From positions 499,582 through 563,581 of the forward strand of contig CBFDEM010000038.1 of assembly GCA_965603825.1 (NCBI GenBank): a stretch of DNA of 64,000 nt, in the 5' to 3' direction. The stretch's first letter is position 1; every line of letters begins with the position of its first letter. The position numbers and the translations under genes are program-made. This DNA comes from Blepharisma stoltei ATCC 30299. Its lineage: Eukaryota > Protista > Ciliophora. The notes beneath the pieces were generated by a model, which saw only the letters and a list, made by a program, of their open reading frames with translations, made no database searches and was not told the DNA's origin. Positions 11,864-23,148 of the stretch are shown here, piece by piece.

Positions 11864-13225
11864 CTAAATTACCCGTGCTAGGTCTTTTATAGTAGCTCGA
11901 GGTCGGATATGTATCACGCACTTTTCTTCCACATAAGGTCTTCCAGCTGTTTCAGGTCTCAATGGTGCAGGCGTTATATTAGCAATGCTCAAAGATCCTC
12001 GCTGTCGTAAAAATTCCCCTTGCACAATTTCTGATGTTTGTGGCCTTATTACATTAAAATAGCTTCTTGGTACAACGGGTTCATCATTGCATGGTGTTTC
12101 ATCCTCATCAGCAATTTTAGACACATTCATACGTGGCCTTTGTGTTTCATTTGCTACCGTTTCAGGTCTATCTTTAAAACTGAAATAACTTCTATGGTTT
12201 CCTTGAGTCATAGGCCTTACATTAGATACAATATTTTCAGGGGCAAGCTGCATTCTTAATTGCGACTTAAATGTTGTTTCAGGCGGCTGAGACAAAACCC
12301 TAGACAATTGATGTGTTTCTTGAGAAATTTTAGTTGTGCTTTCATTTGTTGTGATATTTGTGGATAAGATAGAATTTTCAGTTTTGTAACAATTGCGAGG
12401 ATCTGGCTGCATGATCGGTTTTCTGTAAAGTTTTTTTATAAATAATGGGACTTCTGTTAGCGCTTCTTTAATTTCAGGCCTTTTGTAGCTGTTTTTATCA
12501 AGAAACTTCATTATAAAGCTTACTAATTTCGGAGAATATCTCGCAGGCAGCTGCCGAGGTGCTTTATTCAGAATATTATACCCAAGAGTAATCAAATTAT
12601 CTCCTAAAAAGGGCAAATCCAATGCAGCAATATTATAAAGCACACAGCCTATAGCTCATATATCAGCTTTATTCCCATAAGGGTGCCTTCTTACCTGTTC
12701 AGGACTGAGGTAAAGTGGAGTTCCTACGATTGACGTATGCATCTGCTTCGTCCTTGTCATTTTTGACAATCCTAAATCTCCTATTTTTATCCTTTTCTCA
12801 TTGTCCAGAAAGATATTCATGCATTTTATATCCCTATGCAGGATATTGTTGGAATGAAGATAATTAACTGCCAGACAAATTTCGTATGCTCATGTCCATA
12901 ATTGGCTTTCATCAATTCCTTTACGTTTTTCTTTTGTTTTCGAGATAAAGCTTTGTAAATCGCCACCAGATGCATATTCCATGAGGATGAATAGCGTTTC
13001 GTCCTTTATTATGCTGTTATAGTAACGGATTATGTGCTCATGACTAACCGTGCTCAAAATTTCTACTTCTTTTTCTGCTTTATTTTGCTTATTTTTCGAC
13101 AGATTTGAAAGATCAATTGCTTTTATTACATAAAACCTACCATTTCCTTGGTGCTGTACTTTGTACACAATCCCTGAAGTGCCTCTGCCTAGTTCTTTTA
13201 CAACTGCAACACCTAATTCTTCCAT
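11864..13225 (-). CDS. NIMA-related (NEK family) Ser/Thr kinase (453 aa)
   Basis: GRGTSG, YVIKAI, HRDIKCMNIFL, KIGDLGLSK, GTPLYLSPE and KADI(TGA)AIGC; one frame through two TGA. Confidence 0.92.
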
Positions 13226-13260
13226 ATAGCGTAACTTATATTAATATTTTTATTTTATCA

Positions 13261-16200
13261 TTACTCTTTAACTCCATTATTAAGTGGCCTTGTGGATACT
13301 CCTGTGCTATAATAAGCGGCGTCATTTTCATTTTTTTTGTTTTCCTCAATTGGCTCTATTTTATCAGTATTCTTAGTCAGCTTATCAGCCAACGTCGGAT
13401 GATAAAGCTTCATATAGCAATGGACGATATATAAAGGGACAACACAAATTCCAGTCGATAAAATAATCCCGCTCCAAAAGCTCATGGTTGAAAAATAGTC
13501 AGCTGTGCTTGCGAAGACCCAGGCATCAGGAACATTGTCATAAATAAACACAAAGGTGGGGCAGTATAAGATGAAGCCAAGACCCCATATGACAAAATGC
13601 TGAAACCAGGTCCAATAATGCATATAAATTATGAGGACAAAGTTGACTATACAGACGACTGACGTGTACATGCATACACTTAAAGCCCAGTGACCTTCAG
13701 TTGCGCCTCAGTCATTCATAGCTTGTTTATAGTAAATTCAGCTTGGGATTATATAGACAACTAGGCTGCAAAAAATACCATATAGTAGCCAAATAATGAA
13801 TTTTACAAGAGTTAGAGGCTGCTGAGTCTTGGTTTCCAAGTACAGTTGAGGCCAAAAGTTCTTGATTCTAGGATTTATACGATAATTTACATCTTGGTCC
13901 CACAATGAGTACATAACAATCCCAGCAGCTGTGGTAACTGAATTAAATAGCAATAAATATCAGTCATCCCAAACTGTTTGTCCACTATACCCATTTCTAG
14001 TGCCAAAATATAGCTGTACTAATGTGAAAGAAATATTTTTGTAAAAAAAATAAAGGACGTAAAACCCTATTCTCCTTAAATTTCACCTACCATGCACAAA
14101 CATAAGATGCCTTAGATGTCGGAATTCACAAATAGCGAAATCGCTACAGTCTGCAGCTTGGTGGCCTTCTTTGCCAAAAATTCCTATACCTATGTGAGCG
14201 GCTTGGATCATGGAGACGTCGTTTCCTCCATCTCCAATTGCTAGGGTAACTGCATGTGGCTGGTGGATTTTTATGAATTTCACGACTTCAGCTTTTTGCT
14301 TGGGGTTTGAGCGGCAACAGATTACAGATTTGCTGGCTTGACAGAGGCTGAAAAAGTTAGGGTGTTTTAGACAGGTGGCTAAAGCGTCGCCTTCTATTAT
14401 TAAAGCAATTGAGTTTTGTTGAGTTTTAAAGCTAGGAAATAGGCCGGGGGAAATATCTTTATTGATATTGGCTAAGGATTTTTCGATATCTTCTTCTTTT
14501 TGGTTAAGAATATAATAAGTTGCCCAGTTTTGGTTCAGCAAATTGCAAGCATATGCAATATTTTCAGCAGTCTCCACCTTATCTCCAGTCAACATCCAAA
14601 CCTTCATATTAGCATCTGTAAACTCTTTGATTGCTTTTGGGACACTTTTCTGTAGCCTATCCTCCACAGCTGTAGCACCAAGCAAAAAAATATCCTGTTC
14701 AATTTCTTCTGCTAGTGCTGCCAAGTTCTGTGCCTGTGCTTCCCCAAAGCTGCATTTTTCTGTCTTATATTTCCCAAACCACTCTTGGAAATCTTCTTCA
14801 TTAATCACTTTAAAACCTACACAAAGCGTCCTTAATCCTTTTCTACAAAACTTGCTTAATGCAGCTTTTGTATTATCAAGATATGGGATTTCGTTGACTG
14901 AGTAGTCCAATCTTTCTTCAATAACAGTATCAGCTCCTTTTATATACAACCTTATAGAAAAATCTTTAGGATGCCTTACAATGACTGACATCCTTTTCCT
15001 TTCTGCAGTAAAATCATTTATCGCTAGAATTTCAAACATCCTGTTTTCCCCTTTGCAATTCGTCAAGATAGAGTCCGCAGTTCTTTCTAAAAAGACGTAG
15101 CCAATCTCTTTTGCGGCATCTACCAATGTGACTTCATCAGGACTGGAGCCTAAATATTGGATTTCGTCGCCTTCTTTGTATTCAGAAACCACGTCATTGC
15201 ATACTAGTAGTGCTGTTAAAAATTCATCAATATAATCAGATATATTAGTCAGTCTAACAGTTTCTGTGATTATTTCTAAACATTGGCTGCTATCTGATTT
15301 TTTTAGGTCACTTATAATCCCACTCACGTCAAAGCTCCACAAAACGTCATTTCCTTTGATTGCTCTAGTAGGGTTTCCTATAGGTGTATAGGAAACGCTA
15401 AAAGACCTATCCAGGTGTTCTTCTTTATTTACCGAAAAACTCTCACTTCTCTTAATTTCCTCATTAATTTCAAATTTCGTCATAATTTTCGGAGAATCTG
15501 AAAAATCACCATATACAGCCCCACCAATTGCACAGCCTTTAAACTCCATTGTATTTGAAGTCAAAGTGCCAGTTTTATCACAAAACACATAATCTACATT
15601 CCCTAGCTCTTCTAAAATATTCAATGAATACACCCTTGCACATCTGTCTTGCTCCTCACTATACATTTTCAAATCAATCTGTATAAAAAAAGCTGCAATG
15701 AACTTGACGAGCTCTAGTGTCACAATAATAGAAATCGGAATCAGAGAATTTAACAATATAAAATAGCTCATATAAGACAAAACTATTACTTTCCCTGTAG
15801 AAGTGTCATAATCCTGGAACAAGTAGTCTTCGTCCTCATGGTCAGACACAAATGAAGACGCTGAAATGCAGGCAAAAACACACAGTCCGACCTGTATAAG
15901 GAGCTGAATAACGACGATGTTGTTCATAATAGTTTCGTATTTGCTTCTTTTAAAAGGCGCATGTCGCTGATTCATCATTATTTTGGTGTTCATCCCGGCG
16001 TAGACTACAAGACCAATTACATAGCTGGTGTTCCTTAAGTTTGAGCCTCTCAGTAAAAGCTGCTTGGCGTCGAGTCAATAGCTTTGATCATTTATTTCAA
16101 TTTTCCCTGCAAAGGTGGAAAGACGGTAGTCAGGTGGGTTTACAGTGATTTTTATGCTGCCCTGACGGGTAACAAGCTTTTCAGTCTCAAAAAGCCCGAC

Positions 16201-16734
16201 TGTGGCGGTTAAGGCTTGCCTTGTTTTTAAATTTTGTTCACCGTCGAGATTTGCTGTTTGGATTTTGCAGTCACCCTTTTGGCTGCTTGAGGTTAAGATG
16301 AGCAAATCAGCTGGAAACTCTTCGTAGTCGTGGACTTTTATGATGTCGCCGGGAGTGATATCTTTTCACTCGACTTCTACTCAATCCTGGTCAATTCACT
16401 TTGAAGTCTTACTGTGATTCACCAGTCGGTCATTTTTTCGGCGTTTCTATATAAAAGTTACTCAGTCTTCAATAGCTTCTTTTATCATTGCGATAATTAG
16501 CACCAATAAGAGTGGCGCTATTGCAGTAAATGGACTAATTGGAGAAATATTTGGTATTGACTGCACAATAGCTGTCAGCAGGAAATATATGTTGGCAAGA
16601 CGTTTGAATTGAAACAGAGTGCAAAGCGGGACAAATGAAATCAGCGAGTACTTGCATGTGTTCACTTTGTTTGTTTTGTGTGAGAATGGCTTGTTCAGAT
16701 TTGGGTCATCAAGATATACGCAGTATTCTTCCAT
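13261..16734 (-). CDS. P4-type ATPase, phospholipid flippase (1152 aa; one 15-nt intron)
   Basis: ANIYFL, ED(W)KR, TANLDGEQNLK, IPISIIVTLE, CDKTGTLT, WMLTGDK, AIGDGGNDVSMIQ and VHGR(W). Five track ORFs lie in one frame. Confidence 0.95.
16447..16461 (-). other. 15-nt spliceosomal intron GTAACTTTTATATAG
   Basis: Removal restores the conserved flippase motif EDWKRRKND; A at position 10. Confidence 0.92.
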
Positions 16735-17294
16735 AATTCTATTTGTGAAAAAATTATAAATGCATAGAGGTGATAAAGGATTGGGATAGATTTATGAGTT
16801 TTGAGATATTGATAATTATTAGTAATTTTTAAGAGAAAACCGATAAGATTCTTTGTAAGAAAATTTATCATTTTATCTAGAATTTATTATATTTCCTATT
16901 GCTCCTTGGACTAATTATGGTAGAGTCTAGCATGTTACGATGAATAGACAATATTGAAAATTTGACAAATAAATCATAAATTATTCTGACTAAATTTCTT
17001 ATAAAAATAAAATAAAACTGAAATTAGAAAGGCATTCTGGAAGCTTTTCTTGGTTTTAGATAAAACTAATTACTGGATTATATTTATTTCGTATTTTCTT
17101 TAAATAATTAGTGTTATAGATTGAATTTAGGATGCTTCATAGTATACCATCTAATATTTAATAAGAAAATTATCGAGCAAGATTCAATCAGATGTAAATA
17201 AATCAGTGAAGCCAAACACTAATAATATTATATTTACATCGGGATTGCCGAAATTACCAAAAGCATTTTTTATTAGTATTACCTATTACCTGAG

Positions 17295-18065
17295 TTAATT
17301 TTCATCTCTAATCCCAGGAGCAAGAAAATATCTTAGCTCTCCCAGATAAAATTTGAATTGTAGCATCACAGGTGCGTCGCTCGACATAGAAATTGAGACT
17401 TCTTCAGACAGGCATGACGCTTTATTAAAATGGTTGAGGTATTTCAAGTTCAAATCCATGCTTACCGGCTGCGTCACTCTCAAAACCATTTTATGGTCTG
17501 GTATTTCAGCTGGTCTTAGCGATACCACCCCACTTCCAATATCCTCATTCACAAATTCAAAATTAAGTGCTTCTTTATCAATTGACAAAGATATAGGGTT
17601 TAGTGCAGGACAAAATGACCTGCAGATTCTTGCAAACTCTAAGCTTGGGACTTTTGCATATACAGAGTAGTCTTGTTCAGGAATCCCAAAGTTTTCAAGC
17701 TCAATATCTAACAAATTTAAGGTGAATTCACTAGTCCTCTTGTTGTCTAAGCCTGCAAATGCTAATGAAAGGACATTGGAATTGTCTTCAATTTTGAGTG
17801 TGACCGTTTCGTTATTATTAGCCAAATTGAGAAACTTCGATAGATTTGGTATTGAGATTCCGATGGTTTCGGGATGGCTGCAGTGGTATTCATCGAATTG
17901 GTCGGCTTGCAATGTGAGAATTATTAAGGCAATTTTGGAAGAATCCATTGTTTTAATGCTGATCCCTTCAGAAGTTATTTCAAGATTGGCTTCTGTAATA
18001 AGATCCTTGATAGCTGAAATAAGCTTTTTTAATATCGTAGCATTTCCCAACAACGCTTCAAACAT
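17295..18065 (-). CDS. PCNA: Proliferating cell nuclear antigen, divergent (256 aa)
   Basis: MFEA.L....LKK..AIKDL, MDSS, L.LLDIE.E..GIPEQDY, YLN.F.KA..LS and YFLAP motifs; typical length. Confidence 0.93.
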   Translation of the reverse strand: MFEALLGNATILKKLISAIKDLITEANLEITSEGISIKTMDSSKIALIILTLQADQFDEYHCSHPETIGISIPNLSKFLNLANNNETVTLKIEDNSNVLSLAFAGLDNKRTSEFTLNLLDIELENFGIPEQDYSVYAKVPSLEFARICRSFCPALNPISLSIDKEALNFEFVNEDIGSGVVSLRPAEIPDHKMVLRVTQPVSMDLNLKYLNHFNKASCLSEEVSISMSSDAPVMLQFKFYLGELRYFLAPGIRDEN

Positions 18066-18439
18066 GTTATATATAAAAAGTCAAAAAGGGCGCGATTTTT
18101 GAGAGATGATACGGGATTATTTTTATATCAGAAATGAATAGCAGTCTATATGTAAATATTTGCCTTGACACTTGGGTAAGCTTTGAATAAAGTAGGTATT
18201 AAATTAATTAATTTTATTTATGCTAACATTAGAATGAGCTTTGATCACTAAATTATGTGCAGTATTTTATTAGAGGTAACTGAGAAATCAATTTGAAAAG
18301 CAAAAAATCATTTAAGAACAAATGATGATTAGACTTATTTTGAGAATTAAGTAAGTTTGAAGGATAAACCCGTGCAATATAATTCCTTTATACAATGTGT
18401 CAAGCTCAGCAGATCATATATAAAATTATTGTTCAAAAT

Positions 18440-19072
18440 ATGGTCTTCTTATTTCAAGCTAAAAATTACAGGACGTTAAAATCCCTTCTAAGACAGCACA
18501 CTTTCTTCAAATTTCCGTTCCCAAGATTCTTTTCAAGCAATTCTGACTCCCTTCCAAAAGACGGCTCAAATGTCGAATGAGATCTCAATAACGTAATTAT
18601 GGTCTGAAATACGCCTTATACAGCACATGAATGAGATATTTTAAGATTTTTTAAACAGTGTGGAGAGCCCAAATTGGCCAAGAACTGAACTGCAAACAAA
18701 TCAAACACACTAATACAGTTTCAAAACGAATCAGAAGTAAATAAAGCTCTTGCATTAAATCGCACTGAATTTATGGGTCGCCCACTTTTTATTAAGAAAA
18801 TTGAAGGCAAAGAGGAAAACAAAACAATTTTAGCATGAAATATCCCAAAAATATTAGAACTTAATAAGCTTAAGCTGAAGGAATTTTTTGAAGATTATGG
18901 AACGGTAGTTGATATTCGCCTAAATAGAAACTACAAAAAAGAATTTTTAGGGAAGGCATTTATTGAATTTAAGAGTACAGAGGATGCGCTGAATGCATTT
19001 AAATTACATAATAAAAAGTTTTTAGGAAAAAACATACAGCTGACCACAGCAATTAACAAGCCTCCAAGATAA
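18440..19072 (+). CDS. Tandem RRM RNA-binding protein with a mitochondrial-presequence-like N-terminus (210 aa)
   Basis: The frame of track ORF 18395 continues through five TGA to TAA 19070. RRM1: VIMVWNTPY..FFKQCG..KALALNRTEFMGRPL. RRM2: TILAWNIP..LKEFFEDYGTV..GKAFIEF..LHNKKFLGKNI. Alternative start at 18395. Confidence 0.85.
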
Positions 19073-19101
19073 AATTTGAAATCTTAAAATTAATAATATG
19101 C

Positions 19102-21426
19102 TTACAAAATTTCTCTAAACCCTTCTAAGGTATTTCGAAAGTCTGAAGAACTCCCACTCGAATTGACACTAATTGAAGATGGCATAATAGGCGAATACAT
19201 GCTTTCATTGAATGATGAACTCCTTTCAAGTTCATCAATTCCATAGTCAAAGTCACTGTTCCTATCCACCTCACCAAACTTGAATTTCACCACAACTGGC
19301 TCTGTTACAATTTTTTCAGGCAAAAAATGCGATTTTTTCTTTTTAATCACTTTTTCACTTCGGAGTGGGAATTCTTCTCCTTCCTCGCTTGAAGACGAGG
19401 ACCCTAGTATATTTACGTAATTTTTATTTTTACCTGACATTTCGCCTTCTTCTTCAACTTTGGAAAGAACTGTTGTCTCTTTGTCTTTATCTCTATCAGA
19501 GTCTGGCAGCCTGTATTTTTCCTGCTTTAGGGTGTCTAGGTACTTCATTGATTTTTGCTTTAAAATGATGTTGTCAGCAAACAAGCTACTTGGCTGTCTG
19601 TATAATCCGATAACGTTTTTTGCATCGAACCCAGCTTTTCAATTGATTTTTCGGTCTTTTCTATCAAAATTAGGAGAGCAGTCGTCTTGGTTTTTAGAAA
19701 TTAGTCTTTTGCCTCCTTTCTTTTGAAGCCATTTATCTTTCAAAAATTTGTGATCAAGATCAAGGATGGCTGATGTGCACCGAGTGGCCACATGTCCTAA
19801 TTTTTTACATAAGTAGCAATGAACCCCTAGAATCGCATAATCCTTTGAGCAGCGCTCCTGCAGCAGCCTTGTGATGCTATTAGCGTTAGGAAATTTTTCA
19901 AGAATAGTATCAAGGTCATCTCTCTTCAGAATTAGTAGCTCAGCAAAGCACAAGCACCTTGCTGATGAAGTTCTAGGGTGTTTTGCAAAGAATCCGATTT
20001 CTCCGAAGTAATGGTCTTCTTCTAGCAGTTTAAATACAGATTTTGTGGCTTTATCGAAGAGTTCTATTGTCCCTGAATTAATAAAATAAACACTGGAGCT
20101 TTTTTCTCCTTCCTGAATCACGATATCGTCAGGTGCGAAGGTTCTATATACAACATCCTTGCTGAGCCTTCCGATGAATTTTTCACTGTACAGCTGTGCG
20201 AAGACTTTGCATTTTGCTATGTATTTTCCTCTGGTTATCCCAAAAATATCATCCCTTAGAGGCTCAGAAACCATTTTCAAAATGGCGTCTTCGTCAAGTT
20301 TATCTAGTTTTTGGTTTGTCCATATAAACTTTAAATATCTCCTGATTTTAAACCTCAAAGATGACGGCAAATAGGCTTTTTTCATATAAATATTCAAATT
20401 TATCATTTTTTCTCTAAAGGAGTATTCTTTTTCGCCTTGCTTGCTGACTTCTCCACTAATAGATGACAAAACATAACTAAAAATAATCACAGCAATAAAC
20501 AGCATACAGACACAAAAAAGTTTTTCATTTGTTGTATAAGGCTTCAAATCTCCATATCCTACTGTAGCGACAGTTGTAATAGAAAAATATAAAGCTTTTA
20601 CATAAAGTGTAATTATATTATCATTGCCCTGCTGATAAGAAAGGCCTACTCACGTAATCGGAGTAGTCGCAGCATCATCATAGCATATAAAAAACCACAT
20701 GCACGCACATCAGTGAGCTACCAGTAGCGCAAAAACAATCAATTTTATTACTTGAATTGAGGCAGCAACTGCAGAGCTTCCTAAAAAACTTTCAAGGTGC
20801 CCAATTAAAAGCTTAACTTTCACAATTCTGATAAGAGGGGTAAATTTCAAAATTGAAATGACTTTAAAAGATGTGGTCACTCCGACGTTGTTATTATTGC
20901 TCCGAAATAGATCATGAGAATCAACTATCAGATCAAAAGGAAAAGTGGCAAGAATGTCAATCAGAAATCATTTTTTAAGGTAATGCATCATGATTTTTTT
21001 CCTAGAGGTTACTACGTGGCCTTTGGCATAGTAAGCTGTATTAAAACTCAAGAATATGTCCAAAATAAAATAACTATTCACAGTATTTATAACTTTTATA
21101 AGTAAGGCATAATCTCTAACAGGAAACGCTTGTATAAAAGGAATCACTGTTGCTTGAGATGCGATTATAAAAATGCTAATTATATTCCAAATCAATTTCA
21201 ATACATTGTCTGGGTGGATTGTGTACTTGGACTGGCCTTCATTAGATCAGGCAGCCAGCTGGAAAAAATCACGTCGCGTGTTTCTTTTTTTGATAAAAAT
21301 CGAGTTTCCTACGTCTTCTAATTTTATTGAAGGGGTTTCTGGATTCTTATTCAGAGTTAAAAGTGAAATTTCACTTCATTTTCTTCGTGCTGTTAACGCA
21401 GGCTTTAAAACTTTCTTTTGTCCCAT
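19102..21426 (-). CDS. Cyclic-nucleotide-binding-domain K+ channel (EAG/HCN-like) with C-terminal CCHC zinc knuckle (774 aa)
   Basis: YLKK(W)FLIDILATFPFD, AH(W)CACMWF, pore TTVATVGYGD, C-linker, CNBD YFGEIGFF..PRTSSA, and CYLCKKLGHVATRC; single frame from ATG 21426. Confidence 0.92.
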
Positions 21427-23148
21427 TATTAGTAATTTTCATAACTTAATTAATTATGCCTTGTGATTAAGGCTCTTTCCAAGCATTATGCCTTATAGTC
21501 ATATTTTTATTCCTCTAATCCTTTAAATTCTCTTCAGCATCAGATACTAATTTTGAGCCTTGGCTTTGCACCACTTATTTAAAGTCCATCCACCTTAAAA
21601 TTCCTCACACTCTTAGATTTTGCTCCTTATTTTTCTTAAATTTTCTTATTCATCAGGCTCCAGGATTCAGTTATTGCTCCAAAATATTCCAGATCTACTC
21701 TTGTTTGCAACATTTTTCTCCTCACTCTCTATTTCTTCAGCTTCTCCTTTGCATTAACTTTCACTTTCATTTCCCTTATTATAAATTCTCCAAAAATTCC
21801 AAAGTATCTATCAATGCAGCATTTTTCCCTGCATCATCGCAGGCTACCCTGCTCACTCCTTCTAAGTTCAAATCTTATTCTTCTTCTTCTTCCATTGTCC
21901 AGATCTTCTTATCAGTCTTCTTCATCAGCTTTACCACTCTTATCTTTATTTATATTTTTCGCAATTTCCGGGTATGCTACCTATCACGGCTGATTCTACT
22001 GCTTTATCTCTTTTCAACGCTATTATCTTTACCTTCTTATGCATTTAACCAGAGTCCTCAACTAGACTTTCGAGATCGCTTGAGATTACAATATCAGCAT
22101 TTACCACATCTAGCTCTTATCTTAGTTTTCACATTCAAATTAATGCCCATATTTAGAGTCATAATTATATTCAAATTCCCCATCAAATTTTCATCCTTAT
22201 ACTCATCTAATATACTCCTCTTAATGGATCTTCAATTCATTTCTTCATCTGACCAACAGTCACCCACTTCAAAGTCTTTAAATGAATTACTGCTCATATA
22301 ACTCCTACTTCAGTAGACTGTTGTTCAAAGAAAATGACGCTCATCCATTGAATTTACAAGCCTTAATTTTAATAGTGAAATTGCAATTAAAAAAGAATAC
22401 TTTAATTATCAGAAATTGAAAATTAAACTTTAAGATTATATGGAGTTTATAGATTTTTGATATTAATTTTAATTATAAGGATCAATAAAAGTACAGTGAT
22501 ATTAAGTAATATCTTAAAACTATTTAAATCATGATTTTATTATTAATTTAAATAAGACTCCATATCCAATAAAGCACTATTTAAGTCTTATGGGTGATCG
22601 CAAAACTTTAATACCAAAGTTCAGAAGGTTAATTATAGAAGTTAAAATATCTCCATTCAATTTTATTAAAAAAATTTAACAGCTTAAATTTTTAAAGTGT
22701 ATTAAAGCAATTTAAATGATTATAAATATCATAAAAACTCATAAATTATACGAGCCAAAAAAAATTACACAATATCTCTATTCTGCATTTATCTTAATTT
22801 CCCTTCCTCAAAAAAGATCAATCTTTTGTTGAATTGCTTCATATATTTTTTTTGGCAGATTTAATAGCTAATTAAATATGGATATAATTAATAAAACCAT
22901 ACCTTTCAGATATAATTATATAAAAAATATTCCGAAGGAGAGCATTAAATTAATTAATTTTTAAAAATAAATTTTATTTATCCATTAAGAATCCTCAGTA
23001 ATTTCAGCATTTATATGCTATTCAGAAGTTTTAAAAGGGTGATTTTAATTTTATTTTTAGTTTAATAATTCGGCTTAATTTAAACTTCTAATAAAAATTC
23101 ATATCATTTAATAAAATAAAACAATCGCCAATACATTGAGATATAAAA

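Noticed and set aside
21705-22301. 198-aa hydrophobic plus-strand ORF
   Set aside because: TTG start; openness is explained by pyrimidine skew; composition is unlike the real genes here.
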